Assembly (NCBI GenBank): GCA_030141605.1
Contig: JAQGDQ010000138.1
Location: 434,001 to 498,000 of the forward strand
From: Tubiluchus corallicola
Taxonomy: Eukaryota > Animalia > Priapulida
Length of the DNA: 64,000 nt
Direction of reading: 5' to 3'
Below, piece by piece: positions 54,617 through 64,000 of this stretch; within the stretch, counting starts at the first letter, position 1; each line of letters starts with the position of its first letter. The translations under genes were made by a program, and so were the position numbers. The notes below the pieces were generated by a model. That model saw nothing but the letters and a program-made list of their open reading frames with translations. It made no database searches and was not told the DNA's origin.

Positions 54617-55563
54617 GGGCACCGAGTAACCCACTAGCCGAAGTAGGACAATTGGCGTACATGGGCTAGTCCAAGTAGGACGCGTTGTACATAGACAGCC
54701 CAAGTAGGACGTGTCGTACATGGGCTGCCCAAATAGGACACTAAAGACAGGTAGCGAATTGAGTTGTTAAGCATACTGGCATCGTCCGCTGTCTCCTTGT
54801 TTATGTAATATTAATAATAATTAAAAACGTCAATACACGTTGAATAATTTATTATACATCTGAGCTGGTACAATGGACAATATTAAATTTGGCTTTGATA
54901 TTAATGTTGTTGAAGTGAAATAAACCCACTTTTTAGGCGAGTTCAACATTAAATTGTGTTTAAGGTATATTATTTTTTATTTTGTCTCGCTTCACAGACA
55001 GGTGATCCGTTTCACTACCTCTTGGACAAATAATTGTTTTCTCCTAAGTAAGCGGTCTAGCGATCTATGTGCTCTACAAGGGCTAGCGAGCCATTTATGA
55101 CAGGGCCTTATATGTTACAACACTATTGATATTATTAAAACTAATTGTCTTTGCTTTTCCTAAGAAGTTAAAAATTAATTTTTCGTGTTGTGAAGGCTTA
55201 ACAGTATCTGTCTCATTTTTAAACTTGCAATTATTTCTGTAATAATATTGTGCATAGTTTTCCTCTTTAAAGTATTCAATACTTAGTCTAATGTTATGAT
55301 TTTAATGAAGCTAATAACACTGATGATACCATTGTAAAAAATATATTAATTTTGTAAATTATCATCCATAATTATTATGAAGTTAGTTTTTTTGTAAAAC
55401 AATTTTAGTGCTACGTTTTATTATGTCATCATAATTCTCGATTGATGACAAAAAACGCCAGTGCCCATTTGGGCTGCCCACGTACGATACTGCTTTTCCG
55501 GTAATTTAGCACATGCGCTTTACCGGAAATGTCTTACTTCAGTTAGTGGATTACTCGGTGCCC
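54617..55563. mobile_element. Non-autonomous TIR element with subterminal ~30-bp tandem repeats
   Basis: TIR GGGCACCGAGTAA(C/T)CCACTA(G/A)C(C/T)GAAGTA(G/A)GACA at both ends; four CCAAGTAGGAC-core repeats at 54638-54741; no clear TSD. Confidence 0.8.
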
Positions 55564-55610
55564 TACATAGACAACCAGCCTCATAATGTTCGCTCCATCA
55601 TCATCATCAT

Positions 55611-56954
55611 CGTCATCCAATGAATCACACGTCCAGTGACATGATTCTGGTCACCTCCCTATGCCAGGACTGCCTGCTCGCGCAATGCCCCAAATACATT
55701 TATTTTTAAGGATCAATGCTGAAGTGTTTAAATCTTTCTGTGCAAAATCTAAATATGTTAGCATTTGCCCTCCTGCAGGTTTTTTAGCTGGTTCTATGGC
55801 TTGTTGAAGAGCTATCTTCACTGGAATATCATCAGGTAGTCTAAGCATATGCCCAGGCAGCATGAGATTATGGATATCCATAAAATAAGACCAAAAATCC
55901 ACAAAATAAAATTTGAAAAATCCATAAAATAAGAAATGCATAAAATAAAAAAATATTTTTTTGAGATTTTTTTGTACAAAATAAGGCAATCAAAACTGAA
56001 TACAGGCATTGGATCGGAAACTTCAGCCTAGAGGGCATTCTACATTCGTACCAAATAGATGAATTACTTGAACTGAAGTGATGAATTATAAGGCATTGTC
56101 TCGTAAAATTTGGTTAAATTTGAAGTGATATGAAACCGATAAAATTAAAACTAAGTCCTGCGTGTTTAATTGATTTCCCCCTGGGCATCTCTTTCCAGAT
56201 ATAGTCTATTTCTTATTTTATTGATATCCATAAAATAAAACTTCAGAAATCCATAAAATAAGCTATTTTATTTATTTTATACATATCCATAATCTTATGC
56301 ACCCTGCATATGCCCAATCCATCTTAAATGGCGTCTTTTTATTTTTCTTGTCCAAGGTTCTTCTTTTATTTTTTCATATAGATCTTTGTTTGAAATTTTC
56401 TTTGGCCATCTAATACCCAAAATGTTTTTGTAATTTCGCCTTTGAAACGCATCGATTTAAGCTTTATGATTTGCTTTTAATGTTCAGAGCTCAGAGTTAT
56501 ACAGAAATACAGTTTCAACTAAGGCTGAGAATATTCTAATTTTTGTTTCCAAAGTAATGTTCCTATTCTCAAAAACTTTTGTGAGTTTTGAGTAAGCTGA
56601 TAATGCCATTATCTTCCGTCTTGATATGTCGTGTTCTGTTGCCAGTAGACTACCGAGATACTTGCATCTTTGCCATGATTCATCACCATGGCGTTATGTG
56701 AAACTCTTCAGTTTTATTTTTGTTTACAACGAGATCCATTCTGTTCAGTTTCTCCTCTATTGAGTTTTTTATTTCATCTACTTCTGCTTTGTTTCTTGTA
56801 ACCCATGCCACATCATCAGCATATTGCATAGATATAGTAGTTGACTTACTTTGTAGAAAGCTGTAACTGTGTTCTTGTCTTACTTCATTCGGTATTACTT
56901 CAGGATCAAGAATTGTGTAGTTGTGATCTTCTAGGTCTTTCAATGATATAACTT
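55611..56954 (-). mobile_element. 5'-truncated RTE-like LINE (RT C-terminal part) with (GAT)n tail, interrupted by a hAT MITE
   Basis: QYADD, VNKNKTE, KYLGS, VFLYNSE, ILGIRWP, RHLRWIGHM|LRLPDDIP; flanked by an identical 24-bp direct repeat at 55587-55610 and 56955-56978. Confidence 0.88.
55854..56306. mobile_element. hAT-type MITE nested in the LINE
   Basis: TIR CAGG(C/G)(A/T)GCAT(G/A)AGATTATGGATAT; 8-bp TSD CATATGCC at 55846-55853 and 56307-56314; internal ATCCATAAAATAA repeats. Confidence 0.9.
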
Positions 56955-57554
56955 TGTTCGCTCCATCATCATCATCATACGCCCGTCACGTCTATTGTAG
57001 ACATTGGGCATTCTAAAATAAAAGAAATCTGCCTTAGACAGGCAAGCGCAGCAGTAATCCACGCCCAAAATGGCTAAAAACCAATATGGGAAATCCTCAG
57101 TAGTTTTTTCAGCATCAAAGTGACGTGAAAGGAAGTCACGAAATGTGTTACGCATTTCGTTTTTGTGATTATCGGCTACACTAGCGGCATCAAACGGCGG
57201 ATAATTAAAAATTTTTGAACATTGACTGTAATAATAATATTCTTAAGTTCACCAATAATGTTGGCACACGCGCAATTTCGATAAGCCAATATCACTTTTG
57301 CGTTTATAATAAAGGAAGAATATCTCAATTAAAAGCAATTAATAGTTTAGAAGACTGAAAACATTCCATGAAAAGGAAAAAATTGTAGCAATAAGTTTGT
57401 ATTATGTACTTACAAATACTCAGTCTTCTTGTCAGTAAAATTTTATTGTTCTTCCTGAGGAAAGAGGCTAGCTGACTGCGTGATGGGCTGCCTACTATGT
57501 AAAAAGTAATGCATTTTTTATTGATTTATTGATTTTTCTCTCCCTCCCTCTCTT

Positions 57555-57689
57555 AGAGAGAAAGAGAGGGATTCAGAGAGAGAGAGAGAAAGAGAGGGAG
57601 AGGAAGAGGCAGTGAAAGGGAGGGAGAGAGAGAAAGAGGGGAGAAAGAGAGAGAGAGAGAAAGAGAAAGACAGAGAGATGGAGGGAGGG

Positions 57690-57721
<32 letters not shown>

Positions 57722-57813
57722 CACGCACGCACGCATGCACACATACACACACACACACGCACGCACGCACGCACACACACACACGCACGCACACACACAC
57801 ACACACACACACA
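57555..57813. repeat. Compound (AG)n/(AGAC)n/(AC)n microsatellite
   Basis: Seen directly; source of the CVCV/SLSL pseudo-ORFs. Confidence 0.97.
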
Positions 57814-59292
57814 GATCCTTTTGTTGAAGGTTTTGCCATTTGTTTCTTGGTCGTTACTCCAATGCGAGGTGGCGGATTTGACACATTAAAAATTGCACCC
57901 ATCTATGTGCTCTGCAATTAATGTATATAATTATACATATATTATATTGTAGGTTTGCATATAAATAATTCGCACGCATACATGCACACAACAAGTAATT
58001 GCATACGGTGCTTCATATATAAATAATCAATACAGTAGCAGAGATGAATAGGATTGAACTGGCAGCCTAGGGCGTCGTAACGTCTTGATACACCCATGCA
58101 CACACACTCATATACATGTATGATGTATGCAGTATTACATACAAAGATTCTATGAAGCCGAGCATATATATTTAACTATGTAAAATGATTACCCTTAGCA
58201 CCTAGGCCTGTATAAAACCAATTAATTTAAGCCCACCAATAAATAATATTTATCAAGACTTGTCAGTGGATTTAGCCACAAGTGCTTCATTAGTACTCTT
58301 ACACAAGTGCATTTTTTGCACATTAACAAACTGTATTTAGTGAACTTTTTTGACGTAAGGCTAACTGAATCTTAAAAAAATTAGGCTAAATATAAGAGAC
58401 GTCTCTACACATAATACATAAGGTGTTATGACACGCCAGCAGATTCTAATTTATGCGCCAAATTGGCTTTTCACTTGAATTCTGTAACTTGATCTTGACC
58501 TAGTTAGTTGGTTGTTATAGAGGTGGAAGTAATGTCGGCTGCTTAGGATGACAACTCTGATGTTTATTTTTTGTTCACTGATAATAAAAAAGAGGAGGAG
58601 TAATGTCGTAAGTGCATCTCTGTTTGTTCAACATGATTTCATAACCAGCTCCAACTCATAACAAAGGCCAATGTATGATTATATGCTTTTTAAACATCTT
58701 TTAACTTGGAATTAACAAAACATGCAGTTGCTTAGATTAAGTTTTGTTCTGGAAAAGTTATTTGCTCTTCTGAAACAGTCGATTTTTTTCTGTGAAAGGT
58801 ATTACACGTGAAAGTCAGGCCTAATATTTCTTCAAGTTATATTTCCTGATAAGAACATATTAAATACGAATGTTTTTTTTAGAAAAAAATCTTTCTCCAG
58901 AAATAGAATACTACATAAGCCAGGCATTTGCAAACTTTCTTTATGATCAACTTTCTTAACTGTAAATAAGCCTATTAATTTTCATGAGATATGAATATAA
59001 TAGTTTTTATTTTAGTTACTAATTATTCTTAAAGCCTTATGCTTGCGTTAAATAATATTCATATTCAAAAGTATAACAGCCGCTATAAATCGCCAAAGAC
59101 AGATGTAGGCCTTGCAGTCTTTGCTTAATGTACAAAATATTTAACTTGTAACAAAAGGTACAAAACCATGTGATAATTGGCATTTTGTTACAAGTTAAAT
59201 GAGCACCTGTCCACCGGCCTGGCTTTGCTGGTCTCATCAATTCATCTGCTACAGTACACACCAGTGCGCGAACGGCTTGCGCTATAGCGTAC

Positions 59293-59350
59293 CTGACAAC
59301 AACAGTCCGTACTGCTATGCCGCTAGGGCGACACTAACTGCGCGAAGTCT
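59293..59350 (-). promoter_or_regulatory. Candidate VHL non-coding first exon / promoter patch
   Basis: CpG-rich patch with minus-strand donor CAG|GTACGC at 59292; the VHL ATG exon has an acceptor TTTCAG just upstream (exon start 54455). Inference only. Confidence 0.3.
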
Positions 59351-59919
59351 TTTTGTCTGTCTGTGCCTGTAACTGTAAAGGTGCTATGAATGCTACTTTC
59401 TACAAAGTTTTAAACAGTTTTGCACCTATTTAAGCCAGACTGTCTTTAGAGTTTTTTATATTAGTGACACCAAAGTATTTGTTAAATATGCTGAAATTAA
59501 ATCAGGCATATGAGCATAGCACATTCTAAACTAGTGTATCATGTTTGAAATGTGTTGTAGGAAAACGTTATGTCCACTCGCAGTTTGCATTTCTAAAATC
59601 ACAACAAGGTAGTTGAACAGTGAAAAATATTATTGATGTCCTGCTTTATTATACACAACACTGTAACACTTTCTATAAGCTGGATAATTAGAAATAGTCA
59701 GGAGAGAATAACTGTGTCATGTAGATTCTGCGAGCGCTGTGGTTGTCCTAGAAATGTGACTACCTTGTTGAATACACTAGTCAGCGTGACTAGTGTAGGC
59801 AATATTTCCATTTTACTAAGTTAAAAAAAAATCGGTAACAAAATTGATATTAGAAATATGTCTGCACTTGAAAAAAACGTGTTATTTTTCAATAGTTTTG
59901 CCGTGATGACGAAAATGCT

Positions 59920-61080
59920 CTACCGAGTAATGAGGAGCCCCATGAAAGTTTGAAAGAGTAGTCCTCTTGGGTATGTCTGGCTGACTGAAGATATATCATT
60001 TTCATTCCCTGTGTTAACTGTAAATGTACGACACTTGAGTTCGTGGATGAATATACCGAAAGTAATTTCTAAAGTAAATTGCCCATAGCATTTATGAGTG
60101 AGTCTTCTAGAGCCCCACGAGAAACTCTGGACTGGCGGAAAAGAGTAGCTGAGTCAAATATTGTTTCAAGTCAACGTATGGATAAAAAAGCCTGTAATGT
60201 TGATTATTAATAATTGCCAATTCGTCAACTGTTTAGTGCCGTAATCTTGCAGCTATTTCTTCCAGAGTCATAAATCTTGTTATGTCTAGCCGATCTAGAT
60301 AGTATATAGCAGAAATCGCTTGTGGGTTGCGATCTATAAAAGTTTGCAAAACTACTGCAACGGCTAAAAACATACAATTTCCATCCCCCTCTACTGTGAT
60401 TCTTAAATAATCTAAATTTCTTAAAAACTCGTCGAGACTACGTGGGCCTCCTGTACTTACAGCTGTAGTTTCACTTGTCTACAGATTGGTATTGTTACTT
60501 TGGAAGTGTACGATGTTTTTAAGAAGACACCACAGGGCGTTAGATATTCTTGTATGCGCAGTGGTACACTTTCGCAATCTCTTTATTTGACATGTGAATC
60601 CGAAACTACCACTGGAATAAAATTTTCTGGCAGTGAAAAGTCAAAGTTTAGTGGTAGCTCTGGGAATGGTAAACAGATTTCATGAGGCATGGTTGTTGCA
60701 TATGTGGCGAAAAGCCAATTTGATGCAAATTTTGATCTCGTGGTGCAAGCGCTTTTTCAGGCATTGTAATCTCAGAGGGTTTTTTGGGATTGTTATGTGA
60801 GAACATAATATTGGCTATACGTGCTAGCGCATAGTCTTTCTCATAAATTAGGTTTTCTTGGAATATCTGTTCAATTTTTTATAAAGAACTTCATTCTTAA
60901 TTGTTCCTGCTCTCCTTGGTATACCGGGCGGACATGCTTTCATAACATGATTAGCTAGGTTGTGCAAACGTAATTTAACAACCGATATTATGAGTGGAGT
61001 GAAATCTTCTTGCAGAGATCGGACTTGTTTGTCAAATCATGCAGAGCGCGAAATATGCCTCTTCACCGTATTAAGTAAAG
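59920..61080 (-). pseudogene. Decayed transposase-like gene with OTU cysteine-protease domain
   Basis: Interrupted frames: LHNLANHVMKACPPGIPRRAGTIKNEVLYKKLN, then RITVEGDGNCMFLAVA (60374-60388 = GDGNC), LR*.V.E, ALEDSLINAMGNLL, VYSS, and PHYS (His codon 59930-59932); several stops and frameshifts. Confidence 0.65.
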
Positions 61081-61329
61081 GAAAGCTGTTTAAAATAATG
61101 ATTTAAGATTAAACCATTAATTAAATTACTATATTAATAAAGATTAAATCCTTGACGATGCAAGATTAAATTATCGTCTTGACTAGAAGGCCAGTTAGGA
61201 ATAGCATATCACGTGATGATCAGCTGACGTTCGACCGGCTTAGGCTTAGTAACCTTTATGCGCAGAAGCTGAGGGTGCATTAGATAGTTAGACAAAAGGA
61301 ATTTGAGGCCCGCACCTCGGGCAGATTAG

Positions 61330-63050
61330 CAGCTGTCTTGAAGACGGAGGGCTGGAATTGCTATCCTCTTATGTTTACCGTATTTGTGCTTGATGTCTAA
61401 TAAACGTGCAGTTTACTAAACAAAGTCTTGACAGTTTACCATGCCCATCGTGGCTGTTCCACACGCAATCTTCACGAGCCACAGCCACCAACACAATAAA
61501 CTGCAAGCAGCTACAACCACTATCATAAACAGACTTTATTTCATCAGAAACAGCTATTATTTTATTGTAGTGTACATGGTGTAACAGGGTCACGTCTTCT
61601 TAGTACGATGCTGAGTTCTCGTAAATACCATTTGCGTCATCCATGCTTTTTCGGAATACTGTGAGATTTTCAATAATTTTTGACTATATACAGGCTTGTG
61701 TACATATTCTTTCTTTTCATTCGTTTCCCGTTATAAATACTCTGATGAAGTTTATGGAAAAAATAAACGAATGCTCAGCATGTTTTTACGTCGCAGAAAT
61801 ATGTTTTAGCACTAACATAGAACAATGGCTAACACAAGTGATTTAGCATTTGTTTTATCATGGTTATAAAAGTACATTTATCATGACCAGAAAGCGAGGA
61901 ATTCTGCTTTATGATTTAAAATAATAGTTATACATGTCTGTCTTCATTTAGCATTGTAAAGAGTGAACCGAACGGGTTGTGACTGAGGGTGTTATCTTGA
62001 CATCTAATTTTTTTCGCCACCTTAAACGTGTGGTCCGCTGACATGTGTAAATGTTTCTCTTAAAGCAGCGCTGAAGGCATTTTTGATGTTAAGCTTAAAT
62101 CAAAGCTTCCTTTGCCCGCTTATGCTGTGGAATTTCGCAACGCAACTCACTGTCATTGACAACAAAAGTAGTGAAGTTGAAATCAGATTTCATCAAAACT
62201 TTTGGCACATTGTGTACAACCGTGCGTGCTTCATTTATTGTTGCAGCTGATCTGAGACAGCCTTCAACGTAGAACGACTTCACGATGGAATCCATTCGTT
62301 CAAACATGACGGCACATCGCAGAGCATATGTAGAACTGGCTGCACACCAGCCACTAATCAAATGTGAAGTCATACGACAATGCAATATGCAGCCATTCTT
62401 ATACCACAAGAAACGAAATGTATCTCTGTCTTTGAGTGGTATACATACTTGGTTATTGCATAGGGATGTTGTCTGAAACGAAGAAGAACATGTTTATTAA
62501 TGAGATCTGGACCTTGCATGCATCGCTCATTGAAAGAGCTTCCATGATATTTGCTGGCGCAGTTGAATGCAACCCTAAGCTTGTCTGATTTCTTGTCCAT
62601 TACAACCATGATGAGGCAAATACCATATTCTTTCTGCACTGAAAATGTCTTCTGCATGGGCAAGCTCTGTGTAACCGTTACCATTCTTAAGGAGCTTGGT
62701 AATCTCGTTATCATACTACTGGAAAAGCTTCCTCTTATCCAGTCTCTTAATGAGTGACTCTAGACATGCCTTTACTACTACAAACATATTCGGAAGCGGT
62801 CCACTGCTATCCTTCCATGGAATGGGAATCTCAAAGTGGCTACCCACCATATGGCATTCAAGACTGAAATGCTACTTACCAAGACGGCAGCTAATGGCGA
62901 TAAACCCATCGACCATCTATCCGCCGGTGTGCCGCAATGCTACCACCTACTTGGGTGTAATAACTTCCAGGCCTATTAGGCCAAGGTTATGTTATTATCG
63001 AGTGTTTGTCACATGATTTGCAAAGACCATCGTTTAGGAGGTGTGGCTTC
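61330..63050 (-). mobile_element. BEL/Pao LTR retrotransposon pol remnant (RT, possible RNase H trace)
   Basis: HFEIPIPWK, KLRVAFNCASKYHGSSFNERCMQGPDLINK.VLLRFRQ, RMTSHL, SSTYALR, IVKSFYVEGCLRS match Pao RT motifs (KLRVVFDC...LN..L..GPDL.N.L..LLRFR; FYVDD.L.S); frameshifted. Left boundary uncertain; the best-supported part is 62095-62900. Confidence 0.85.
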
Positions 63051-63092
63051 CCAAGTTTGGTCATGTCGACACCTGGTATGTATGTATATATT

Positions 63093-63535
63093 TATAGGGA
63101 AATATAGTTTTTTTATGCTAATCTGGCTTCTTTGAGGTTCCATGAAACGGCAACGGGTTCAGGTTTCGACAAAACGGAGCTGGCTGTTGATTGCCAATGC
63201 ATAGCAGTTTACTTGTTTTTTTTTCGTTTGGATAGCTAGCGCTTGTTGTAGGAGTAATGGCTTCTCAAAAATGGGCATTATTGGCGATTTTCGGGTCATA
63301 ACTCACGCGGGTCAAAGGGCAATGACCCGAAATTATGATGTCGGATGGTCTTCTGCCCTGGCTACATGAAACGAAATTTGGTCAAGCAGCCTCGTCTAGT
63401 TCTTGATTTATTGCAATTAGATCCGTATGTCGGAAACTAAGTATCATAGAGTAATACTAACGTTTCATGGCGAATCGAATCACGTATTGCACACCTCTGT
63501 ATGTTTATAGTAAAGAATGTCGATTTTTCCCTATA
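63093..63535. mobile_element. Probable MITE with short TATAGGGAAA termini
   Basis: TATAGGGAAA at 63093 and TTTCCCTATA ending 63535; internal hairpin TTTCGGGTCAT...ATGACCCGAAA. Confidence 0.45.
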
Positions 63536-63774
63536 TGTTAAGTATGGTATCGGTATTCGTCCAGAAAAACAGCGTGGCAGTACTGTGGCGTTGAAGACCG
63601 TGTGGCACATCGTTGGATAGAGAATTGATCAATACGGTGCGCCATTTTGGTAGGTGTTCAGCATTGAGTTACACACGGGCTTTGTAACATAGGTGAGTAT
63701 CCTAGTTACAATTAAAAAATTTCCTGTTAACAGTTTAATGAACAATACTATGTATTGCACTGTTTCTAATATCT

Positions 63775-63883
63775 ACTGGCAAAAGATAGACTGGCAAAAT
63801 GATAGACTGGCGAAATGTAATACTTATTGCGTTATTTCTAATATCAAATTGCGAAAATTAGACTGGCGAAATGACATACAATC
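63775..63883. repeat. ~15-16 bp tandem repeat (TAGACTGGCRAAATG), probable transposon terminus
   Basis: Four ACTGGC(A/G)AAA units seen directly. Confidence 0.65.
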
Positions 63884-64000
63884 GCTTGGTTGTATCCGAG
63901 TTTACTGTTTACATTTACATCAACAGAGATGGGTTATATCCGAGATTTGTGTTTACGTTTACCACAAGATTCAACAAGGATTGGTTATATCCGAGTTTGG

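Noticed and set aside
57518-57902. CVCV/SLSL/ERER ORFs
   Set aside because: Translations of (AG)n/(AC)n microsatellites.
1-64000. CRISPR array, rRNA, tRNA or prokaryotic operon
   Set aside because: None seen; the tandem arrays lack unique spacers and the gene structure is eukaryotic.

Overview
AT-rich, intron-containing animal (invertebrate-like) genomic DNA, not prokaryotic. Most ORFs in the supplied track are spurious. By hand-splicing GT-AG exons I reconstruct five conserved genes: the 5' coding exon of agrin (signal peptide + NtA domain, minus strand, rest of the gene beyond the left edge); a complete 9-exon MVB12 (ESCRT-I, +, 292 aa); a complete 5-exon POLR2I/RPB9 (-, 130 aa); TMEM87 (+, 683 aa, only 2 coding exons); and a complete 3-exon VHL (-, 152 aa) that the ORF track misses entirely. 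Introns and intergenic DNA hold many decayed mobile elements: CR1/L2-type and RTE-type LINE fragments, several TIR MITEs (two with clean 8-bp TSDs), a BEL/Pao pol remnant, and a decayed transposase-like gene fused to an OTU protease domain. The most notable observations are the OTU-carrying element, the nearly intronless TMEM87 with a furin-site/repeat insert, an RTE LINE whose 24-bp target duplication includes a (CAT)n tract matching its own tail, a candidate alternative hydrophobic first exon in the agrin intron, and two degenerate hammerhead-like motifs. I do not see a demonstrably new multi-gene system. Family assignments come from recalled motifs, not database searches.
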